64,000 nt of DNA from contig JAYTSD010000017.1 in the NCBI GenBank assembly GCA_043745805.1, positions 96,001-160,000 of the forward strand, given 5' to 3'. The notes below the pieces were generated by a model. The model did not search any database, was not told the DNA's origin, and saw only the letters and a program-made list of their open reading frames with translations. The DNA is from Fibrobacteria bacterium (lineage in GTDB: Bacteria > Fibrobacterota > Fibrobacteria > UBA11236). Numbering within the stretch: the stretch's first letter is position 1; each line of letters begins with the position of its first letter. The position numbers were made by a program, and so were the translations under genes. Below, one piece after another: positions 20,745 through 30,100 of the stretch.

Positions 20745-21691
20745 AAGAAGATATTTTGAAAACACGCATCGCACCGACACCTAGTGGCTATTTACATATG
20801 GGAAATATTTGGTCCTTCGTTTTAACTTGGCTGATTGTTAAGCAAAACAAAGGTAATATTCGCTTACGCATCGACGATATGGATACGCCACGATTTCGCG
20901 AAGCTTATTTAGAGGATATTTTTGCTTCTTTAAAATGGATGGGCCTCACATTTGACGAAGGCCCCAAAGATTGTGGAGAATTTCATACTAGTTTTTCGCA
21001 AAAAATTCGTTTGGATCAATATCAAGAAGCCTTATTGCATTTATGTTCTTTGCAGGTGAATGGCCAGCCTTTGGTATATGCTTGCTCCTGTAGCCGCGAA
21101 AAAATCCGTCTTGCCGCCATAGCTTCAGGTAACCCCAAGGTTTATCCTGGCACTTGTCGCGATAAAGGGCATGATATACTTAACCCCAGTCATATCTTGC
21201 GAGTGAATGTACAAGGCATTGCTATTTTTAAAATCAAGGATAAATTACTCGGCGAAATTGATTTTAATCCGCAACAAGATATGGGTGATTTTGTGATTAG
21301 GCAAAAAGATGGATCACCAGCTTATCAACTCACTTCCTTAATCGATGATCAACTTTATGCCACAGATTTTATTGTACGGGGACGGGATTTACTTTTGTCA
21401 ACAGGAGCGCAATTATTATTAGCCCAGCAGTTAAAAATCGATTCCTTTTTAAACTGTGAATTTGTGCATCACGGTTTATTAACCGATGCTAAAGGGCATA
21501 AGCTTTCTAAATCCGAAGACGCGAAATCCTTAAATAATATTCGCCGCACCAAACCTACACCAGAATTTTTAATTCGGTATCTCGCCAAATTTGTGGGAGT
21601 GAATGAAGTGAAAACATTAGCCGATTTACTATTACAATTTGATTTTAAAAAAATTCCCAGTGAAGATCATATTTTGGAATTTAATGCCTAG
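20741..21691 (+). CDS. gluQ: Glutamyl-Q tRNA(Asp) synthetase-like protein (GluRS paralog)
   Basis: TRIAPTPSGYLHMGN, CSCSR..YPGTC, AYQL, VRGRDLL, KLSKS; no anticodon-binding domain. Confidence 0.85.
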   Translation: MKEDILKTRIAPTPSGYLHMGNIWSFVLTWLIVKQNKGNIRLRIDDMDTPRFREAYLEDIFASLKWMGLTFDEGPKDCGEFHTSFSQKIRLDQYQEALLHLCSLQVNGQPLVYACSCSREKIRLAAIASGNPKVYPGTCRDKGHDILNPSHILRVNVQGIAIFKIKDKLLGEIDFNPQQDMGDFVIRQKDGSPAYQLTSLIDDQLYATDFIVRGRDLLLSTGAQLLLAQQLKIDSFLNCEFVHHGLLTDAKGHKLSKSEDAKSLNNIRRTKPTPEFLIRYLAKFVGVNEVKTLADLLLQFDFKKIPSEDHILEFNA

Positions 21692-21728
21692 GTATCTTGT
21701 ATAGAGTCACGGAATGATTAAACCTAAA

Positions 21729-21799
21729 TTTTCAAGCAGGATCATATCGGTTTAACGCATTACTAGGTCTTAATGTGGCCGGTGCATATGCTTTGAAAA
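21729..21799 (+). ncRNA. Candidate structured RNA (long imperfect rod hairpin), family unassigned
   Basis: TTTTCAAGCA(21729-38)/TGCTTTGAAAA(21789-99), TATCGGT/GCCGGTG, CGCATTA/TAATGTG nested stems, followed by a terminator. Confidence 0.4.
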
Positions 21800-21808
21800 C
21801 TATGGATT

Positions 21809-21838
21809 AGGGTGAGGCTTTTGCTTCACCCTTTTTTT
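21809..21838 (+). terminator. Rho-independent terminator
   Basis: AGGGTGAGGC-TTTT-GCTTCACCC stem followed by a T7 run. Confidence 0.9.
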
Positions 21839-22207
21839 GTCAAATTTTTACCTTAGATTTTGACATTAGCGGGACAAATTTTCCCAAAAAACATGGATTC
21901 CATAGATAGAGATAAAGAAAGGAATTAGCTTTTCTCATCGATCATTTTTAAAATAGCATTGGGGAATGTGATACAAAATATCCATTATAATCATCTAAAC
22001 TTTGAAGAACGCTTGCTAAGCCCAAATTTGGGGTTTGGTTTAAAGTTGATATCGATATTAAAAAATCATTGCAAATCCATTGCAAATCAAGGTTTATTAA
22101 AAATTTCAGGAGTATTAAGCCCATGGTTGTCCAACCCTTGGTTTTACCAAATTCAAAGGGACTTAAATTCGGTTCTAACAACAAAATCGACTTCTGTGTC
22201 CAGCTCC

Positions 22208-22708
22208 ATGGTAATGGAAACGGAAAGTCCAAATACTCTTTCTTTGGAAGAGTTGTACAAAAAATACAGTGCTGCGCTTTATTGGGTTTGTTCTCGCTAT
22301 ACACGCAATCGCGAAGATGCTGAGGACATGGTTCATCAAGTTTTTATGAAGGTTCATCTCAATCGCCATCAATTTCAGGGTGGCAGTAGTATTTATACTT
22401 GGATTTATCGCATTGCGGTCAATGAATGCTTGCAAATGCTACGCAAGAAAAAATTTGAAAAAGAGGGAGAATTATTTCCTGGTTTAGAAAATAAGTTGGT
22501 TTATTTTCCTGAACGAACTATGGATGCCAAATTAATTTTGGAAAAAATCACTAAAACGGTTGATATTAAAACTATGGAAATATTATTTCTGCTTTATCTC
22601 GAAGATCATAAACAAGAAGATGTTGCAGAAATGTTGAATATTTCGCGTGCCACGGTTAATCGTAAAATTGCCCACTTTAAAATTTTAATGACACGCTTCA
22701 AATGGTAA
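22208..22708 (+). CDS. ECF RNA polymerase sigma-70 factor
   Basis: Region 2 EDAEDMVHQVF...TWIYRIAVNECL; region 4 QEDVAEMLNISRATVNRKI; start set at ATG 22208 rather than TTG 21959. Confidence 0.92.
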   Translation: MVMETESPNTLSLEELYKKYSAALYWVCSRYTRNREDAEDMVHQVFMKVHLNRHQFQGGSSIYTWIYRIAVNECLQMLRKKKFEKEGELFPGLENKLVYFPERTMDAKLILEKITKTVDIKTMEILFLLYLEDHKQEDVAEMLNISRATVNRKIAHFKILMTRFKW

Positions 22709-23553
22709 GGCCAACTCTCGAATCCGGAAGTGCAGAGATGCCCTCCGAAAAAAACATTCATCCTTCTAGGCTTATTTTAACAAACTTTCTCAATGGGGAT
22801 TTAAACTCTGAGCAACAAAAGGAATTTAATCACCATGTGCTTGGTTGTCTTCAATGCTCACAAATCATATCTGAGGCGCGACAAGTAACCTCCGAGTTCA
22901 CTCAAAAATTTCCAACTTTTGCTTCTCTAGATAGCAAATTTGGAATAAAATATTCATCCCGCTTAAGACCAACCTTTGTAGAAAGGCTGAAGGGGTTATG
23001 GCAAATTTTTGAAAGTAATATTTGCTATGCCATTTCGCCAAAAATCGCGTGGGCCCTTGTGTTGTTTTTTGTTGTAGGCGTAACTTGGATATTCAATTTA
23101 AAGTCTTTAAATACACAAGGTCAATCTTATAAAGGGCAAACTCGCTTCACACTTTTTCGAAACGGACATCAAGTATTGAAAGATACTTTTTTTGCCGAAC
23201 CACTGGATACCTTACAATTAATAATTACTAGTCCTGAACCCGTTTATTATGCAGTGCTATATCAAGATGATACTGCCGCTTTAGAAATTTATTTGCCCGA
23301 GCTGGGAAAAGAAAATTTATCACTGGGTAATGCCCATGGCGAACCCTTGCCGCATAGTTTGATTTTAGATGCAAGTTGGAAAAACGAAATTTTATATTGC
23401 TTATGGGGAAGCAAACCGATTTCCTTGTCTGAAATGACTTTAAATAAACTTTCAAATAGGATAATTAAAATTGATCCAAAAGATTTACGCAATTGGATGG
23501 ACAAGAAAAATATTCACTATCAAGTTTATTACTTAAATAATAGTTTACCATGA
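22702..23553 (+). CDS. Zinc-binding (ZAS/zf-HC2-like) transmembrane anti-sigma factor with extracytoplasmic beta-sandwich (DUF4384-like) domain
   Basis: HVLGCLQC (HxxxCxxC), single TM IAWALVLFFVVGVTWIFNL, overlaps ECF stop. Confidence 0.75.
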   Translation: MVRPTLESGSAEMPSEKNIHPSRLILTNFLNGDLNSEQQKEFNHHVLGCLQCSQIISEARQVTSEFTQKFPTFASLDSKFGIKYSSRLRPTFVERLKGLWQIFESNICYAISPKIAWALVLFFVVGVTWIFNLKSLNTQGQSYKGQTRFTLFRNGHQVLKDTFFAEPLDTLQLIITSPEPVYYAVLYQDDTAALEIYLPELGKENLSLGNAHGEPLPHSLILDASWKNEILYCLWGSKPISLSEMTLNKLSNRIIKIDPKDLRNWMDKKNIHYQVYYLNNSLP

Positions 23554-25130
23554 AATGGCCACACTATAAATTATTGCTGGCTTTGCTTTTTTGTTTTCAT
23601 CCCAGTTATGCATTAATAAAAATGGCCTTGGTAATAGGTAATAATACCGGAATGGATGATGAAAAGCCCTTGCAGTATGCCACGCGCGATGCCAAGCAAA
23701 TTTATGAGACCTTAGGTCAATTAGGAGGAATGGATAAAGGCAAAAGCTATTTATTGTTAGATTTATCCGTTGCCAAAGTAATGACGGCATTACGTGAGGC
23801 CAGTAATCGCATACAAACTTTGCATAAAGAAAAACAAAAAGTACAGCTGCTGATATATTTTTCGGGTCATGGCAGTGAGGATGCTTTGCATTTAAATGGT
23901 GAGAAATTGCCCATTGCACAAATCCGTGAATATTTTACCAGTATGGACGCGGATTTAAAAATTTTAATTGCGGATGCTTGTTATAGTGGGTCATTAATTC
24001 AAGCCAAAGGGGCTAAATTAGGGGCGGTCATTCCCGTTAAATACTCTGATGAATTAAAGGTAAATGGATCTGCTATTTTAACGTCTAGTTCCGCAGGAGA
24101 ATTGTCACAGGAATCTCAAGATTTTCACGGTTCAATTTTTACGCATTATTTTTTAACTGCCATGCGTGGAGCGGCGGATTTTGATCGCGATGGACAAATT
24201 ACTTTATGGGAAGCCTATAACTATACGCAATTGAATCTTCGACGAAAATCTATGACAAATAAAGGTTTTGTACAAAATCCAGGATTCGATATTGATGTAA
24301 ATGGTTCGGATAATGTGATTTTGACACACTTAGATTTAGGTCAAGCTCTGCTAAGTTTCAAGGGCTTTACCGAGGGGCAATATCAGATTTTAGAAGCGAA
24401 TAGCACATTGCAAGTTGCCGAAATAGATTTATCAGGTGGGGAAGGGGTAACTTTAGCATTACCTAAAGCCAATTATTTAGTGTATCGCTCTTCTCAAGGT
24501 AAGGCTTGGGCGGTATGGGCGGATTTGCGGCAAAACAAAATTACAGAAATAAATCCGTCCCTGTTATATCCGATTTCCATGGGCGCTTTAGCCGCAAAAG
24601 GCGGCGATGGAGGCTTAGAAGCTAAAGGCTTGCTAATACCTAGAGAAATAAACTCTTATCACTTAGCCTTGCATTCACGTTTATACCCTTATTTTCCAGG
24701 GCGAAAAGAAACGGCAACGAGTTGGATGCTATCTGCCGAGAGTCAATGGGAAACATGGAGTTTTTTACTCTCAGGAAGTTTTTTACCCACCTTACAAACT
24801 TTAGTAAAGGGTAACCGTTTTACTCAAACTGGATATAGTATTGGCGGAGAATTACGCTATTATTTTTATCCTACGCATAATAGTACTTGGCATTTGGGAC
24901 CGCATTGGGAAAGCTGGTTTTTGCAACAAAATTTAAATGGAAAAACCCTTGGCCAAGGAAATTTACTTGGCACTATGGGAAGCTTGGGTGCAGACTGGAT
25001 AATATTTCATCGATTCACTCTTGGCTTTAACTGGGAGCCTGGTATTTTTTTGCATTATGATAAGGCTGCTATATTACAAAAAGATTTCGCATCTCCAATT
25101 TCAATAGGCGTAACAATGGGTTTATGGTAA
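23550..25130 (+). CDS. Exported caspase-family (peptidase C14) protease with C-terminal probable outer-membrane beta-barrel
   Basis: Signal peptide; ALVIGNN, YFSGHG (His107), IADACYSG (Cys144), GAADFDRDGQIT; amphipathic beta-strand C-terminus ending in Trp. Confidence 0.88.
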   Translation: MKWPHYKLLLALLFCFHPSYALIKMALVIGNNTGMDDEKPLQYATRDAKQIYETLGQLGGMDKGKSYLLLDLSVAKVMTALREASNRIQTLHKEKQKVQLLIYFSGHGSEDALHLNGEKLPIAQIREYFTSMDADLKILIADACYSGSLIQAKGAKLGAVIPVKYSDELKVNGSAILTSSSAGELSQESQDFHGSIFTHYFLTAMRGAADFDRDGQITLWEAYNYTQLNLRRKSMTNKGFVQNPGFDIDVNGSDNVILTHLDLGQALLSFKGFTEGQYQILEANSTLQVAEIDLSGGEGVTLALPKANYLVYRSSQGKAWAVWADLRQNKITEINPSLLYPISMGALAAKGGDGGLEAKGLLIPREINSYHLALHSRLYPYFPGRKETATSWMLSAESQWETWSFLLSGSFLPTLQTLVKGNRFTQTGYSIGGELRYYFYPTHNSTWHLGPHWESWFLQQNLNGKTLGQGNLLGTMGSLGADWIIFHRFTLGFNWEPGIFLHYDKAAILQKDFASPISIGVTMGLW

Positions 25131-27064
25131 TCGCAACCAAGAGCATTAGGTTTCCGTTACTTATAGGTTACTTTTACCTATTAATCACCGGTATTTTTGT
25201 GTGTTCTTGTCTAAAAGAGAATCCAGTAATTTTACCGGAAACAATTTATGATGCCAAAACTTTTTTGCCGCTCGATTCACTTTATCGTTTTGATTCCGTG
25301 ACCATTACCATAATGAATGAAAAGGATATTACGCAACATAAAACTATATGGTTAGCTCCGGTTAAATATTCCTCAGAATTTCCGGTATTCATTTCTGGAG
25401 AACAAGAAAATCTATATCTCGATATTAAAGGTTATAAAAAAATTAAAGGATCATTGCCTTGCTACAAAGCAACAAGTAAACAGGGTAATTATTGGGTAAA
25501 TATTGATACATGTGATATTATTAACAGTATTTTGATTATCGATTCCATAGCATGGTCCGATTCCATTGTAGATTTTGATAGCCTAGATACAGAAAAAAAA
25601 ATCATATTTAATTTAGTTGGAAATAAAATTCATTCCTTAAACCTGACTCCGACTTCGAATTACCTACTCTTATTACCACCCTTTCAATTGGATTCTAATC
25701 ATAAACAAATAGAAATTCGTATTAAAATTATCCGTGATAGTTTGAGCAAGAGCTTGTATTCTACGGCTTATTCCATTACAGATAATGGCCTTAAGGTGGG
25801 GGAAATAAAAATCAAATTCAAAGTTGCAGAAAAGCTACCAGTCATAATATCTCACAAGGACAGTTCAGTAGTAAAATTGAAGGTACTTAATAAAATAGAT
25901 TCACTTCCGGTGTCAGGTGCTAAAATAAATCTGGATGGTAAAGATTTATTGGCGTTAACGGATTTAACGGGAAAAATAAAATTAGATTCGCTGGCCCTTG
26001 GTCAGCATAAGTTTTTTGTCACAATAGCAGATAGATTGGGAATTATTGATTCGATGAATATCACATACTTTGATACTGTGGTTTCATTCTATTTACCTCC
26101 TAAAACCGTATTGCAGAATTTAGCGGTGGGATGGAGCGCACCTAGTTTAGCGAACTTTACAACTTTTCAAAATCAGGCCATCTTTTTAAGTCAAGATATT
26201 CAAAGTTCGGGATTAGTTTTGAAATTTCCACTTAACAATTTGGACCCGCGACTACAAAGCACGATCGAACAAGGAAATAAAACTTTAGCAAATCCACCTG
26301 AAATTTTTGATGCCATTAATTCTGTTGCGGATGCCACTAATCTTTATATTACTTATCCAGATGTAAATAGAATTGGAAAAATAAGTGATTGGCAGAATAC
26401 TAGTGCGGCGAGCAACACCTTACTTGCATTTTCACCTTACGGTTTATTATTGGAAGGAAATAGTCTTTTTAGTATTGGACGTAATCAAAAAGAACAATTG
26501 ACACTAGCGGAATTCAATACAACCGATTTTTCCATTATTAAAATGGATACACTAGGTAACTTTAAATGGGATGAATTAGATATTTCTAATCGTGGACCTA
26601 AAATGGTCTCAACTCCAGATGCGTTTTATGTGGTCGATGGAAATGGACCACAGCAAATTGGGAATCTTATTAAGGTCAGCAAAACTTCACGGAATATTCT
26701 TGTTAGTCAACAAACAAAATCCGCACAAATTTCCGATATTTGTATTTATAAGGACCGAATTTATATCACTTCTCATGGTTCAAGTATTGTGGAAATTTAC
26801 GATTTTAATTTAGTGCCCAGTGGAATAATCAATATTGGAAAATCAGTAGAAAAAATTTCCATTGTGCAGAGTGGCTATTTGCAGGGGACCGGATTTTTGA
26901 CCACCAATGATAATTCAGTGCAGGTGATAAATACAGAAGCTAAATTAGTTATTGGCTCTTTAAGCTTACCCGTTGGGGAGCGATCCAAAAACATTATTTT
27001 CAATGCGGCCATAGCAAAATTAATCGTCACAACGGTTAATAAAATTTATATCGCAGAATTTTAG
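25124..27064 (+). CDS. Putative lipoprotein with carboxypeptidase-regulatory-like Ig domain and C-terminal beta-propeller
   Basis: Hydrophobic leader ending FVCSC; PVSGAKINLDG...TDLTG Ig motif; repeated short beta-strand blades. Confidence 0.65.
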   Translation: MVIATKSIRFPLLIGYFYLLITGIFVCSCLKENPVILPETIYDAKTFLPLDSLYRFDSVTITIMNEKDITQHKTIWLAPVKYSSEFPVFISGEQENLYLDIKGYKKIKGSLPCYKATSKQGNYWVNIDTCDIINSILIIDSIAWSDSIVDFDSLDTEKKIIFNLVGNKIHSLNLTPTSNYLLLLPPFQLDSNHKQIEIRIKIIRDSLSKSLYSTAYSITDNGLKVGEIKIKFKVAEKLPVIISHKDSSVVKLKVLNKIDSLPVSGAKINLDGKDLLALTDLTGKIKLDSLALGQHKFFVTIADRLGIIDSMNITYFDTVVSFYLPPKTVLQNLAVGWSAPSLANFTTFQNQAIFLSQDIQSSGLVLKFPLNNLDPRLQSTIEQGNKTLANPPEIFDAINSVADATNLYITYPDVNRIGKISDWQNTSAASNTLLAFSPYGLLLEGNSLFSIGRNQKEQLTLAEFNTTDFSIIKMDTLGNFKWDELDISNRGPKMVSTPDAFYVVDGNGPQQIGNLIKVSKTSRNILVSQQTKSAQISDICIYKDRIYITSHGSSIVEIYDFNLVPSGIINIGKSVEKISIVQSGYLQGTGFLTTNDNSVQVINTEAKLVIGSLSLPVGERSKNIIFNAAIAKLIVTTVNKIYIAEF

Positions 27065-27108
27065 CAGAGAATATTTTCAAATCATTTTAAAAATAATGAG
27101 GGTTTTTT

Positions 27109-30100
27109 ATGGTAAAAATGCCGGTTGGTTTTTTTTCTAAGGCTTTATCGAAGATCGTTTTCATAAGCGTGATTACACACTGTGCATCGATATATGCGCA
27201 AGAGTTTATAGTACTAAAAGACAATATTCGTAGTTTACAAGATCGTTCTTATAACTCGGCTGAAGTGGGAGAAATGAAAGGGCAAGTATCCTTTTTAGAT
27301 TTCAATTCCGATGGAAATAAAGATTTAGTGTTTTCGGGAAATTGTTGGCCTTCACCTGGGTGCATAGAATTATATCAAAATACAAATGGTGTATTTTCTA
27401 ACACCCATGCCTTTGATAGTCTCGAAAATTATCATTTGCAGGCCGGCGCTTGGGCAGATATTAACCATGATGGTAGCTTAGATTTTGTGACCTATGAGGA
27501 AAGAAATAATATTCGCTTGGCAAAATTTTATACTTACAATGTAACACAAAAAAAAATATTGCCTTTGAATATAAGTTTACCCACGGGTAAATGGACAAAT
27601 TTAAGCTTTAGTTTTTGTGACATTGACAATGATAGCTTTCCTGATTTACTAGTGAGTGGTCTGGTAGATTCTTCGCTTTTTTGGCCGCCATTCACTGAAG
27701 TTTATCATAATGAAAATGGCAAAAGTTTTAAAAGTATGAATATGGGCTTGTTACCTATGTGGAATGCGAATATGGCTTGGGCCGATTTTGATAAGGATGG
27801 ATATTCCGATTTATATATCACCGGAAACACAGGGGTTAAAAATTTTTCTGCGATTTATCCTACCTCCATGGCCACAAGGGTTTATCGTAATAATATCGGC
27901 AAATTAAATTTATACGCAACCTTGCCCAGTTTGGTTTATGGAGGTGCGGCGTGGGGAGATTATGATGGCGATGGAAAATTAGATTTAGTCGTTTCTGGAA
28001 CCCGTATGCCAGGCAATACTCTTCCTGCAACGCTTTTATATAAAAACAATGGTACGGGTTTTGATCTGCAAACGAATACGCCCTTTGATTCCTTATGCTT
28101 TGGATCGGTTTCTTTTGCGGATATGGACAAGGATGGTGATCCCGATCTTTTGTTAACCGGAGAAATTTCCGAAAGTGCACCGCTCACCAAAATCTTTCGC
28201 AATGATAAAAGTGTGTTTGTAGATATGCAATCCAATTTACCTTCCCTCACTCATGGTGTTTCATCGTGGGGCGATTTTGATGGGGACGGAAATATGGATA
28301 TCTTTTTAAGCGGAATAAATGCCAATAAAGAATCCAGCGCACATTTATTTCATAATATTCGTGGTGATTTTGAGCCCTTAAATAGTTTTTCCTCACCTAT
28401 TATTGCCTCAACACTACATTGGATAGATTATGATAATGATAAAAAGTTAGACTTTTTTATTAGCGATAATTCTGAAAGCAAGCTTTATCGGAATATCGGT
28501 AATGGGCAATTTTTAGCAGAGAATACAAATCTTCCTATAGGTTCTACGCAATCCGATTTAGGTGATTTTGATAATGATGGTAAAGTTGATATTGTGATGG
28601 TTGGCACAAACACTGCTACAAATGATGCCGTAACTATTCTTCAAAATAAAGGGGATGGAAATTTTTTAGATACCAAAATAAAAATTTTAGGCACAACTAA
28701 TCCGGGGCTTATAACCATTGACGGCGCTAAATGGGGGGATTATGATAATGATGGAAAATTGGATTTGGTGGTTTGGGGACATGATTATAAAATTGGAAAT
28801 AACCCTTTTACTAAAGTTTTTCATAATGAGGGGGACTGGACTTTTTCTGAATTAACAAAAATTTTTACCGGCATTACTCGCGGTCAAATTTCATGGGGTG
28901 ATTTTAATCGAGATGGTCGATTAGATTTAGCCTTAGCAGGGGATAGTCTTGAGAGCTCTTATACTCCCTTTGTTAAAATTTATCGTAATGAAAATGGAGT
29001 ATTAAATACCACTAATGATAATATTAGTCCATTATCGCATACTTCTTTTGCATGGGGTGATTTTGATAATGATGGGGATCTTGATTTTGCCCTTTCTGGA
29101 GAATACCGTGTAGGATCAGCTTTTGATTCAACCATAACCCGTATTTTTAGGAATAATGGAGGGGTTTTTGAACAATTTGGACAAAGTTTGATCGGTGTTT
29201 TTAATGGCCAAATCTTATGGATAGATGCGGATAATGATGGTGATCTAGATCTAATTATGAATGGGGGTTATCTAGATTCTCCTTATAAAAATGCCCGAAT
29301 TCTACGCAATGAAGGAAATCGTTTTACTGCAATTCCTCCGGTTTTCCCGAATTATTCCCCAACAGTTATGGATGTGGGTGATTTTGATGGCGATGGAAAA
29401 GTTGATTTACTGGTTTCGGGATCAAGTTGGAGTGTTCCCTCAGGAACTTTTATTTATAAAAACACAGTACTCACAGCTAATACTTTGCCTTCAGTTCCCC
29501 CAAATGCCAATGCGACTTTAGGTTTTTCGTCCGTTACTTTAGCCTGGGATAATTCCACCGATAACGAAACTTCTTCTTCCGGTTTGCAGTATAATGTGCA
29601 AGTCGGTAAAGCGAGCGGAGGGTTTGAAATATTATCGAGTGCGTCCCATTCCGATGGAATTCTCAGGGCCAATCAAATGGGTAATGCTTCACATGCAAAT
29701 TTTAAAAATCTTATTGGACTTGCTCCAGGAAAATATTTTTGGAAAGTACAAGCCATAGATAATGCCTTAGGAGGCTCTTCATTTTCGCCGGAAGGGAAGT
29801 TTACCATTGGCATTACTACACCAACTTTGTTGGAAACCGGTGCAGGTAATTCACAAGTGACTTTGAAATGGAAGAAATTGACTGATTCTAATTTCCAGAG
29901 ATATTATCTCTATTACGGCTTAATCACTAATCCTAGCAATAAAATGGATTCTGTATCACTCGCTAATGATACGGTTAAAGTTATTTCGGAATTACAAAAT
30001 GGACAGCTTTATTATTTTCGAGTTTCAGCTATTGATCAAGGGGGAAATCCTAGTGGTTACTCTAATGAATTAACTGCCATACCCGATGGAACGCCTCCCG

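Noticed and set aside
21959-22207. 83-aa N-terminal extension of the ECF ORF from a TTG start, and overlapping ORFs 21948-22304(-) and 22069-22323(+)
   Set aside because: No recognisable motif; ECF homology begins near ATG 22208; probably promoter or leader DNA
27290-29460. Recurring GGNGATTTTGATAATGATGG-like DNA repeats
   Set aside because: Explained by in-frame FG-GAP protein repeats; not a DNA-level array, and no reverse transcriptase nearby to suggest a DGR
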